DNA of 64,000 bases, from NCBI GenBank assembly GCA_030867685.1, contig JAQOWU010000008.1:1736001-1800000 (forward strand). The letters run 5' to 3'. Made by a program: the position numbers and the translations under genes. Each line of letters begins with the position of its first letter. Within the stretch, counting starts at the first letter, position 1. The stretch comes from Wickerhamiella versatilis (lineage: Eukaryota). Below the pieces are notes generated by a model. That model worked only from the letters and a program-made list of their open reading frames with translations. It was not told where the DNA came from and ran no database searches. Shown here one piece after another: positions 55,382-64,000 of this stretch.

Positions 55382-55618
55382 ATGCCAAAGTTATCGGGCC
55401 TTCAGAAAGACGTATTGAGTCTGTATCGGAAATCTATGCGGGCTGTGAACACTAAAGACAGAATATTTAGGCCTCAGTTTTACAATTTTGCTCGTCGAGA
55501 GTTCGAGAAGTATCGAGATCTCGAAAGAAAAGATATTGCCACCATCGAATTTCTTCTTCGTGTGGGTGGTAGGAGAGTAGATATGTATGCCAGTCCGCAT
55601 ATTCGAAAGATGCATTAA
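55382..55618 (+). CDS. SDH6: Succinate dehydrogenase assembly factor 1 (LYR family)
   Basis: MPKLSGLQKDVLSLYR, ARREF, D...IEFLLR.G. Confidence 0.9.
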   Translation: MPKLSGLQKDVLSLYRKSMRAVNTKDRIFRPQFYNFARREFEKYRDLERKDIATIEFLLRVGGRRVDMYASPHIRKMH

Positions 55619-55693
55619 TTTATTTTCTTATAAAATGAGTCTACCTTAGTCGATGTTGTGAAATATAGAAGATCATGATAAATTGTCAGTGTG

Positions 55694-56098
55694 TTATCTA
55701 TAGTTAGATTCATTTGTAGTGAATATTTCCTTCTCATTGTATAGTATTGCAAGTGGTGTAGGTGGTGTTTTCCTTTCATGTTTTCGATGGTTGACCGTCA
55801 ACACTCGATCTAACAACTTGATACCATCAAAGTTGTCCACTGCCAAAATGCTTGATTCATTTTGTTCGTACTCTATGAATGCAAATCCTCTGCTTGCCCC
55901 GGTTTTTTTATCTCGTGACAATTGAACATCTAAGATAGTGCCATATTGAGAAAACATCACCAGCAGGTCTCCTTCTGTCATGCGTGGAGGTAGCCCACCA
56001 ACGAATACCCAATTAGTGTCTTCGAATTCTTGGTGCCATGATGCGTTCAGTGGAGTTCCCAGCTCAATTTCTCGTCGACTGAGCTCCCTTGGATGCAT
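55694..56098 (-). CDS. IST3: RES complex RRM protein Ist3/Snu17
   Basis: SWHQEF.DTNWVFVGGLP..TEGDLL.MFSQYG, SRGFAF, SILAVDNFDG. Confidence 0.9.
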   Translation of the reverse strand: MHPRELSRREIELGTPLNASWHQEFEDTNWVFVGGLPPRMTEGDLLVMFSQYGTILDVQLSRDKKTGASRGFAFIEYEQNESSILAVDNFDGIKLLDRVLTVNHRKHERKTPPTPLAILYNEKEIFTTNESNYR

Positions 56099-56501
56099 CT
56101 TACCTAACCCTTTCTCTGTAGTGCAACCCTGATTTCTATTTTTCCACTTCTTCTTCTGGTCCTTGTTTCGCTTCGCTTCATTTTGGTGTTGACGTTTTTT
56201 TCTTTTTTTTTCGTTTTCATTGGTCTTGTTTTTCCATAGTTGTCTCCTAAATACAGAATATGAAAAAAAGCGATCTTTACACAGTATAGATCCTAATTTG
56301 ACATTATAATTTTCTAAGAACTATCCCATCTACCAAGGATTATGTGGAGCAAGGTAATCGATGGCAGCAAGGTAAATGCAAACAGTATTACATCAAAAAG
56401 ACAGAAAAGGTAACTGGTTCTTAATAGGCAACTTAGAAGTCGGTTACATCGGGTTGATAGACTATATAAGGGATAAAATTAATGAGCCGCATAGTTCAAA
56501 A

Positions 56502-57695
56502 ATGGCCCCAGCTCGAATTCCTGACCACGAAATACAGGGAATCCCTCAACGCGATAGCGACTGCGTGAACTACGATCATGTAACATGGTGGGTGTCAAAT
56601 GCCAAGCAAGCTGCTTCATATTTCTGTAGCTTATTTGGATTCCATGAAATTGGATACAAAGGCCTCGAGACAGGTAGTCGAGACATATGCTCACATGCAA
56701 TTCAGGCAGGCAAGTTAATTATGATATTTGTCTGTGCCATCCGCGGAGAGGCAAGCGAAGAGCAGAATACAGAGCAAGTCAATGCAATCCACAATTGGGT
56801 TAGGCTACACGGTGACAGTGTAAAGGACGTGGCATTTACAGTAACAGACGCAGATGCAACATACGAGACGGCAGTTGCGGCAGGTGCAAAGCCAGTCTCC
56901 CCGCCATACAGCCAAACAGATAAATTTGGTAGTATTAGGTGCGCCACAATTCAGACATATGGGGACGTCACACACACTCTTGTTGACAGAGCTGAATATC
57001 GTGGTGTCTTGTTACCTGGGTATCGGTTGATATCGCAAGAACAAACCCTCCTTGACTCCTTGGTCGGGGAGAGCAAATTAGAGGAAATGGACCACTGTGT
57101 TGGCAACGAAGGGTGGGACGAAATGGATGAAGTATGTAGGTTCTACGAGCAGGCACTCGGATTCCACCGATTCTGGTCAGTCGATGACAAGATGATGCGT
57201 ACAGAATACAGCGCACTTAGCTCCACAGTGATGGCAAATCGTAATGAAAAAATCAAAATGCCAATAAATCAGCCAGCATCCGGGTTAAAGAAGAGTCAAG
57301 TGGTCGAATTTCTGGATTTCAACGGCGGGCCTGGCGTACAACACATAGCACTGAAAACCCACAACATCATTGAAACAGTTAGAAACCTCAGAGCTCGCGG
57401 TGTTGAGTTTATCACGGTTCCAAGCAGCTACTACACCCACGCCCTACCAGAAAAGCTTGAACACTACGACATGAGGATCAAGGAGGATTTGAAAGTTTTA
57501 GAACAACTGGGAATTCTCGTCGACTGTGACAACAAGGGCTATTTACTTCAACTATTTACACGGCCAATAACTGACAGGCCGACGATATTTTTTGAAATCA
57601 TACAAAGAAACAACTTTGACGGATTTGGTGCGGGAAACTTCAAGAGCCTATTTGAGGCTATTGAGAGAGAACAGGCGGTGCGGGGGACACTTTAG
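56502..57695 (+). CDS. HPD: 4-hydroxyphenylpyruvate dioxygenase
   Basis: DHVTWWVSNAKQAA, HGDSVKDVAF, DHCVGN, GPGVQHIAL, FEIIQR..FDGFGAGNFKSLFEAIE; probable ATG 56502 after TATATAA at 56463. Confidence 0.95.
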   Translation: MAPARIPDHEIQGIPQRDSDCVNYDHVTWWVSNAKQAASYFCSLFGFHEIGYKGLETGSRDICSHAIQAGKLIMIFVCAIRGEASEEQNTEQVNAIHNWVRLHGDSVKDVAFTVTDADATYETAVAAGAKPVSPPYSQTDKFGSIRCATIQTYGDVTHTLVDRAEYRGVLLPGYRLISQEQTLLDSLVGESKLEEMDHCVGNEGWDEMDEVCRFYEQALGFHRFWSVDDKMMRTEYSALSSTVMANRNEKIKMPINQPASGLKKSQVVEFLDFNGGPGVQHIALKTHNIIETVRNLRARGVEFITVPSSYYTHALPEKLEHYDMRIKEDLKVLEQLGILVDCDNKGYLLQLFTRPITDRPTIFFEIIQRNNFDGFGAGNFKSLFEAIEREQAVRGTL

Positions 57696-58533
57696 CTAGC
57701 GCAACAAGGACAGCGTCCTCTGTTCTGATATTAGGGGGAATCGAAACCAAAATACCGTCGAATAATCCACTAGCATCCACCGGTATTTCGGGATCGCTAG
57801 CAGCAGCAAGGGATATTTCAGGCCATTTACCAAATACAAGCAAAGTATTTTTCCCATTCGAGAGATCAGCAGGATCAGTTGGGTTTATAAGTGGCTGCTG
57901 TTGCGATATTTTATTATTATAGAATGTCTGAGACGGTACAAAAAAAGTCTGCTCTGGCTCATTCACCGCCTCTGTAAATATATAACTGAACTCAGGTACC
58001 GCACGTACCACATAAGCTCTTGGCGATATATCTACAACTTTTTTACGTTGCGTATCGACAGAAACTCTCTGATTCACAGGAACCTCAGCCTTGAGTTCCA
58101 GCAAATATTCGGCACCTACCTGCACATACGGCGTGGAGGCCCGGTTTTTTCTCTTTTTTTTATGTTTCTGAACCGTTATTCCGTCAACAATGTTCGGAGG
58201 CATTTTTTCTAATCCTGGCACCTTGGGTAGCTTTCTTGCGTACTGAAATGGCTTTTGTGAACCAAGCAATGCGCGACGCAAATGTTTTGGAGTCACGAAG
58301 TATTGTAGCAGCCTAGCGCATAGCTTTGCCTCCTTTGAAAGTTCTTTTGTTTCTTCTAAACGAATTTTTTTAGTATCAGTCTCCTCTTGTGAAGGAACGT
58401 CATAGATCATAATCTCTGCCACATTAAAAAGACATGCTGCTCTACAAATCTCATGCAATGACGAGGTTGCTTGAGCTAGAGAAAGACCGGCAATTAGTGT
58501 CGATGGAATCGCCAGGGCGATACCACCACCCAT
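57658..58533 (-). CDS. SPOUT methyltransferase, C9orf114/YGR283C/YMR310C family
   Basis: IALAIPST, EICRAACLFNVAEI, LLQYFVTP.HL, LLVFG, IRTEDAVLVAL. Confidence 0.8.
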   Translation of the reverse strand: MGGGIALAIPSTLIAGLSLAQATSSLHEICRAACLFNVAEIMIYDVPSQEETDTKKIRLEETKELSKEAKLCARLLQYFVTPKHLRRALLGSQKPFQYARKLPKVPGLEKMPPNIVDGITVQKHKKKRKNRASTPYVQVGAEYLLELKAEVPVNQRVSVDTQRKKVVDISPRAYVVRAVPEFSYIFTEAVNEPEQTFFVPSQTFYNNKISQQQPLINPTDPADLSNGKNTLLVFGKWPEISLAAASDPEIPVDASGLFDGILVSIPPNIRTEDAVLVALAKVSPAPPVLSQ

Positions 58534-58569
58534 TAGTCAAAGGAACTGAACCAGCAGATCCAAGGTAAG

Positions 58570-59025
58570 ATGGCTGTAGACCCCAGGACGTTATCCTTGC
58601 AGCAACTAGCTGCCATAAGGAAACAGCTAAAAACAGAGCTCGACCATCTATCTGAGAGCTTCCAGAAGCTAAGAGTTGCCCAGGCCAAGTTTGTTGATTG
58701 TGAGCATTCAGTCAAACAGGCCGCGGCTTCCGGTAATGAAAACAGAGAGCTACTTGTACCACTTACAGCTTCCCTTTATGTTCCTGGAAAAATGATTGAT
58801 ACCCAAAAGTTCCTCGTAGACGTGGGAACCGACTTTCACGTGGAGAAGACTGCAGAAGAAGCTCTGAAATTCTTTGACCAGAAAGTCGAGCAACTCAACA
58901 AGAATCTGGTTGATCTTGATGCTATAGTTCAGGAAAAAATGACGTTGATGCTTACCCTAGACGAGACATTCAAAGGAAAGGTTACGGAAGCTCAAAAAGC
59001 TCAACAGGACAACAGTAAAGAGTAG
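58570..59025 (+). CDS. GIM5: Prefoldin alpha subunit 5
   Basis: LSLQQL, LLVPLTASLYVPGK, FLVDVGT..HVEK. Confidence 0.93.
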   Translation: MAVDPRTLSLQQLAAIRKQLKTELDHLSESFQKLRVAQAKFVDCEHSVKQAAASGNENRELLVPLTASLYVPGKMIDTQKFLVDVGTDFHVEKTAEEALKFFDQKVEQLNKNLVDLDAIVQEKMTLMLTLDETFKGKVTEAQKAQQDNSKE

Positions 59026-59460
59026 GACCGGAGCATAATAGTCGATTTATGAATATAGAACCAGAACTATTGCATGAACCTGTGATAAGGCCTGCACTAT
59101 GTTATTGAGCCGAAGTGGTTACATTACATATTGATACATACTGATACATCCTGCACGATGTTGCTGTAATAGATTTCAAATAGATTCGCACCCTCGAGAC
59201 TAATGAAGGGTCCGCTATTGTTAGTTTGCTGGCTTCTCTAATCATGGGATGATTGCTCTGATAGGGTATTAGAACCATGCAAGACAGCCCCAATTCGAGG
59301 TCCTCACCGCTGTGATAATATACATGGCCCAGTAGAGGCACAAATTGGCTATAGCAATTTAGAAGGTGAATATTTAAATTATCTTGCGGGCAATTATTTA
59401 AGTGTTCAACAGATAATCCCTCTGGTTACAAACCCACTACTACTAATCTTCCAATCACAA

Positions 59461-60114
59461 ATGGCTGCCGATCTTCAGGATCTCACGAAAGAACAGCATG
59501 AAATGATAGAATGGGCCTACGAGAACCTCTCTGGGTTACCAGAAAAGAATATATATAGGGATTTCATTACTGGAGACCCTCAACCTGAGAACTTTGTTGT
59601 AAGTGCCATTCTTGTGTTGTACGCCCGCCAGCATGCGAGGAATTACGTTGAAATGAGATACAGTGATTATGGGTCCTTAGCTGCGTTCAATGATGCTCGG
59701 GAGACCTATATTCGTGAGAAGCTTTTTGGAAAAGTCGGCAATTCGCCTAATATCGAAGGACCAATAATTTTTGATATAGGAAGAAATATAAGTGTGGGTA
59801 ATAATTTCCAAGCTTCTTCCTACCTACGTTTGCTCGACTGGGCACCAGTAAGGATTGGCGATGATGTGAAAATTGGTACTAATTTCACTGCAACAACTAT
59901 CACTCACCCAGTTGAAGCTCAACCCCGGATCGATTTGAAGAAAATGGTTCATCCGGTGACTATAGGTAACAGAGTTATAATTGGACACAATGTAGTGGTT
60001 CTTCCCGGGATTACCATTGGTGATGATGTTACCATAGATTCGAACACTGTGGTCACAAAATCTATAAAGTCTGGAAGTCGAGTGGCTGGTGTACCGGGTA
60101 AGCCTGTCGCCTAA
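59461..60114 (+). CDS. Sugar O-acetyltransferase (maltose/galactoside acetyltransferase, left-handed beta-helix)
   Basis: DIGRNISVGNNF, VRIGDDVKIG, THP, PVTIGNRVIIG..VVVLPGITIGD, VAGVPG hexapeptide repeats. Confidence 0.82.
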   Translation: MAADLQDLTKEQHEMIEWAYENLSGLPEKNIYRDFITGDPQPENFVVSAILVLYARQHARNYVEMRYSDYGSLAAFNDARETYIREKLFGKVGNSPNIEGPIIFDIGRNISVGNNFQASSYLRLLDWAPVRIGDDVKIGTNFTATTITHPVEAQPRIDLKKMVHPVTIGNRVIIGHNVVVLPGITIGDDVTIDSNTVVTKSIKSGSRVAGVPGKPVA

Positions 60115-60505
60115 TAAACTTGTTTTCAGAGAAACTTGGGGAAGATAAAACAACATGAGGATCTCTAAGAAATAAAGTAAAATAGTATTATAATTGTTAT
60201 TATTATGTGAGGTTTAAAGTAATTCCAAAGAGAACAACCAATAACCCTTTGATTCAAATATATATTTGAACTAAAACAAACTTTTAAGATATCTAGTTAT
60301 TTACTAGACGAAGTTGTTTAGCGATTTATTTTTACAATGATACTATAGCAGTAAGATCCTACTAAGTAAATATTTAAGAGGCACGATATGTTCAAGGAAA
60401 CTCTTAGGTCACAAAAGCTTTTTTCTTATTTTACAAGATCGAGAGACAACATATAAAGCAATATTTTATGGAACTGAATTAGCGGTGATTAATTGTTCAA
60501 AATAT

Positions 60506-60964
60506 CTAAGCCTTGGTATCGTATTCAATAGTTACAGGTCCGTCATTAATTAGAGAAACATCCATCATAGCACCAAATTGCCCATCTTTTACGTCCTTAT
60601 CGCCATTAGGCATCTCCAAGGCCACTGATTTTTTGAAAGATTCATAGAGCTCACGAGCATGCTCCCCCTTAGCTGCTTGGTGGAAATCTGGTTTCGTTCC
60701 TTTGCTGACCTTTGCATACAACGTAAACTGAGATACGCAAATAACTTCGCCCCCAATATCAGAAACAGAAGCACGCCATTGTTGACCATCCTGATTGGGC
60801 CAAAGTCTTATTTTAGCTAACTTGTATGCAGCCTTCTTGCAGTCCTCCAAAGTGTCTTCTGTACATATACCCGCAAGCACTAATAGCCCCTTACCAATAT
60901 GGCTTACCACCTGAGAGTCAACAGTAACACTCGCTTGCTTGACTCGTTGAATCACCAGTCGCAT
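60506..60964 (-). CDS. DTD1: D-aminoacyl-tRNA deacylase
   Basis: MRLVIQRVKQASV, VSQFTL, KGTKPDFH, FGAMMDVSLINDGPVT. Confidence 0.95.
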   Translation of the reverse strand: MRLVIQRVKQASVTVDSQVVSHIGKGLLVLAGICTEDTLEDCKKAAYKLAKIRLWPNQDGQQWRASVSDIGGEVICVSQFTLYAKVSKGTKPDFHQAAKGEHARELYESFKKSVALEMPNGDKDVKDGQFGAMMDVSLINDGPVTIEYDTKA

Positions 60965-61149
60965 TAGTTAAACACTCAGGTTTTAGCAAGGCTAAAATTT
61001 CCGTATCGAACAAAATATCACAGTCATCGTATTATGTTCTCTTCTCTATTTTCTATTAACATTTGAAAGTTTCTAAAGCATATATACTCGAGTTTTTAGG
61101 TAGAAAGTGGAATTACTGACACCACAGTAAGCAGAAAGCGTGGAGCACA

Positions 61150-64000
61150 ATGCTCAAGCAAGCGCGTACTCTTATTAGCAAAGGGCTAAACGAGGAGGCA
61201 TTAGAGGTGTTGGAAGATGAACCAGAAAATCTCATGGTTTGTTTATTCAAGGGAAGTGCTCTCCATCGGCTTCGGCGCTATGAAGAAGCTGAGAATTCCT
61301 TACGCAAAGCAACCCAGCTCGATCCAAACAACCTGGTAGCTTGGAGAGGACTTACAAGACTTTACTATGATACTAAACAACCGAATAAGTATATCGATGC
61401 CACAACATCGTTGCTCGAGGCGTTACAGAATTCTGACGACATAACCGGGGCAAAGGAAGTACTTCATAACGCGAAGCAGGCTCAAAAAAAGTTTCATGAC
61501 GAGAATATGGACGAGAAAATGCTCAGATTGCAATTGCCAGGGTCCCCTGTTTACGATTGGCTCTTATCTGTATTACCACCTCTGCAGAGTGTGCTAGCTT
61601 GTCTCATTGAAATGAAGGAGAAAAAGCTCCAGTCAACGTTATCAAATATCAAGTCACGAGCAAAAATGAATGTCTCGATGACTGCTGAACGTACTAATGC
61701 GGAATACTTAAAAGCATACGAACATAGCGACCTTGATGAGCTCTACACATTACAGACGCAAATCTTGGACATCGATGTTGACCGGCGTGTCGCGGAGGCA
61801 AAGCTTTTAGATGTTAGATATGCTGTGTTAAGGCTTTCCTCAGCAAAGGATAAGCGTACAAGTCAATGTAAGGATCTTGTCGATGGCATGGTTTTGTTTG
61901 AGCCCGTTAATCCGCTTGCATATATCTTACATTGGGACTGGTCAGATGTGGCTGATTATTCTCAACTTGAGTCCAGCCAACTCGTGCAGTTCATTCAAAT
62001 GTTTCCAACACATACAGTATCAAGAAAGCTGGAGGCATTTTTGCATTCTCCACTAAATCCATGGTCTTCTGAGGACATTTGGGCTACAAAAGACCTGTTA
62101 GAGCAGCTATCAATTCCAGAAAAGGATAGTATTCTATGTGGGCGTATCACTGCCGATTATATGGTGTTGATCCAGGAATGGGACCGCGCGATAGACGTGA
62201 GTAAAGAATGCCTGGGTTTAGCTAAAGCTCAAGCTCATAATGTTGGTATATATTTACCTCATACCGAAAGCAAACTAATGTGTGCCTTGGGAACGGCCTA
62301 TATTTATTTTCAGGCACCTCGAAACCATCCATTAGCTTCAGATTTATTTTCAGAGGTACTTGACTTAGAACAGGACAATCCCGAAGCTTTGGTTGGTAAA
62401 GCACAGATCCTAGTTGAGCAAAAAGATATGGAGCAAGCAGAGACCATATTAAGGAAAGTTTTGGATTCTCATAAGGATCATATTCAGGCACTTGGAGAGT
62501 TGGGCTGGTGTCTTGTTAGTAGTTCTGACAGCCAGGATATAGATGCTGGGAAAAAGCTTCTCCATCAGGCTTTGCACCATGAACATAATGCTTATTTCCG
62601 AGCACAACTTAGGTGGCGTACAGGCTTTGCTGCATGGAAGATGGGTGAAACGAGTGATGCTTTTGATGCCTTCATGGCCAGCTTGAGAGAGTTGCCGAGC
62701 TATGCGCCATCTTTTACATATCTTGGGCTCTTATACGAATCTCGTGGTGACGAGGGACGTGCTTATAAGTGTTTCTTCAAGGCAATCGAGTTAGATGCAT
62801 CTCAAACAATCGCAGCAGAACATCTTTCTCGCAACTATGCAGACCAAGGACAGTGGGATCTTGTTAAGCTAGTAGCGGCAAATGTTGTTGGTACCGTATC
62901 TAACAAGGCGGCTTGGCCTTATCGCGCCCTGGGGATAGCGTCGTTGAATGACCACCAGTGGAAGGATGCAGTTGCATACTTCCAGCGGTGTCTCCGTTTA
63001 GACCCAACTGATTCTGACTCCTGGGTTGGATTAGGCGAGGCATATATTGCTTCAGGTCGCTATAAGTCTGCAGAGAAAGCTCTTAAGCGAGCTTTAGAAT
63101 TAAACCCACGAAGCTTCCCTGCACACTATGTTTTAAGTCGGGCCCAAGTGGCTATACTCGATTTTCCCGCTGCAGCAGAGTCAATTTCACAAGCGCGTGA
63201 TCTTTTTGATGGAGATTCTCCGGCTCTGGCTTTTGCTGCAGTTGATGACAGCGTGATGGCAGCTCAATGGTACCTATCGCGAAGTGAACTGGGAGCAGCA
63301 ATAGACGCAGCTAATGTTGCACTTTTACTTTCAGAAGAAGAGCTATCGAGTAGGGTTGATCATAGCCGTGTATGGAGTGGAGCTTCGAGGGCTCTCGCTG
63401 TGATATCGAGCATTGGAAAACCCGAGTGCCGAGAAAGGGTACGTTCTCTCGAGAAGATTTTCCAACTTTCTGGTCAATCAGAATCCGGTGATGCCAGGCT
63501 CGATACATTTAGACTCGCTGAAATTGCACTTCTGAAAAGTGAAAACGAACCTAAACAATTGCGAGCAGAATTAAGCTACAATGCAGGTATCGCTGCATAC
63601 TCTGCAAAGAGAGATGCTGTGCCGTATTTACAGCAAGCGATTATGTATAACCGGAAAAATGCGAATTACTGGATAGCCTATGGAATGGCTTTAATACATG
63701 TGAATCCTTACGTATCTCAGCATTGTATTATTCGTGCACTCAGTATTAATGGTCGATCTCCCCTGGCATGGTCGGCTTTAGGTGTTCTCTATCTTATTCA
63801 TGGTGACTATGAGCTAGCATCTGAAGCACTAGACCGTGCATTAGCCATTGACGCGGATAGTGCTATGGCCTGGGTTGGGCAAGCGCTTTCAGAACACAAA
63901 CACAAACCAGCAACTTATGTTGCCAGATTATTGAATCAAGCTGCATTATTAGATGCCCCAACCGTTGCCTTGCCATTAGGACTAAGCGTCTATTGCTCGG
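61150..64000 (+). CDS. SKI3: Ski3 TPR protein (superkiller complex), partial, runs off the window
   Basis: Translated in part by hand: MLKQAR...LVAWRGL, YAPSFTYLG..Y, RAYKCFFKAIELDA, WPYRALG, SWVGLGEAY..SGRY; absence from the ORF track fits a frame with no stop before the window end. Confidence 0.88.
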   Translation, partial: MLKQARTLISKGLNEEALEVLEDEPENLMVCLFKGSALHRLRRYEEAENSLRKATQLDPNNLVAWRGLTRLYYDTKQPNKYIDATTSLLEALQNSDDITGAKEVLHNAKQAQKKFHDENMDEKMLRLQLPGSPVYDWLLSVLPPLQSVLACLIEMKEKKLQSTLSNIKSRAKMNVSMTAERTNAEYLKAYEHSDLDELYTLQTQILDIDVDRRVAEAKLLDVRYAVLRLSSAKDKRTSQCKDLVDGMVLFEPVNPLAYILHWDWSDVADYSQLESSQLVQFIQMFPTHTVSRKLEAFLHSPLNPWSSEDIWATKDLLEQLSIPEKDSILCGRITADYMVLIQEWDRAIDVSKECLGLAKAQAHNVGIYLPHTESKLMCALGTAYIYFQAPRNHPLASDLFSEVLDLEQDNPEALVGKAQILVEQKDMEQAETILRKVLDSHKDHIQALGELGWCLVSSSDSQDIDAGKKLLHQALHHEHNAYFRAQLRWRTGFAAWKMGETSDAFDAFMASLRELPSYAPSFTYLGLLYESRGDEGRAYKCFFKAIELDASQTIAAEHLSRNYADQGQWDLVKLVAANVVGTVSNKAAWPYRALGIASLNDHQWKDAVAYFQRCLRLDPTDSDSWVGLGEAYIASGRYKSAEKALKRALELNPRSFPAHYVLSRAQVAILDFPAAAESISQARDLFDGDSPALAFAAVDDSVMAAQWYLSRSELGAAIDAANVALLLSEEELSSRVDHSRVWSGASRALAVISSIGKPECRERVRSLEKIFQLSGQSESGDARLDTFRLAEIALLKSENEPKQLRAELSYNAGIAAYSAKRDAVPYLQQAIMYNRKNANYWIAYGMALIHVNPYVSQHCIIRALSINGRSPLAWSALGVLYLIHGDYELASEALDRALAIDADSAMAWVGQALSEHKHKPATYVARLLNQAALLDAPTVALPLGLSVYCS

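Noticed and set aside
25112-60114. A sophorolipid-like cluster made of the ABCB pump and the acetyltransferase
   Set aside because: They are about 30 kb apart, separated by many housekeeping genes, and no P450 or glycosyltransferase is present.
61114-61127. TACTGAC...CAG upstream of SKI3 as an intron 3' end
   Set aside because: No convincing donor with an upstream coding exon; ATG 61150 already gives a typical Ski3 start.

Overview
Gene-dense, almost intron-free eukaryotic DNA from a budding yeast. Gene content, a bacterial-type stand-alone TenA and an ABCB pump like the sophorolipid exporter suggest the Wickerhamiella/Starmerella clade or a relative (inference). About 40 protein-coding genes are present, mostly housekeeping: YPT6, USV1-like, SSN2/MED13, PPZ1, SEN1, MINDY, DPH2, NUP53-like, RPN6, HBN1-like, MDH, ABCB, KIC1, QCR7, MRM1, APA, MIC10, CAB1, SWIRM, IES4-like, UBC11, GATA, ETR1, BUR1, AIM24, STI1, CAND1, SDH6, IST3, HPD, SPOUT, GIM5, DTD1 and a partial SKI3. 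I found no tRNA, rRNA, transposon or CRISPR array. The best finding is a hidden 52-nt intron whose GTAAGT donor contains the malate dehydrogenase stop codon. Intron retention gives ...ASK* and splicing gives ...ASKL* (a PTS1), predicting a one-residue cytosol/peroxisome switch. Three genes (USV1-like, SEN1, MRM1) each need a -1 frame change at a homopolymer run; assembly error is most likely and recoding is not excluded. Other candidates are a probable horizontally acquired TenA, a stand-alone HRDC-like ORF, a CYSTM protein with nine GGGYGGGP repeats, a WC-2-type GATA finger and a securin-like orphan. All family calls come from motif recognition; no database search was run.
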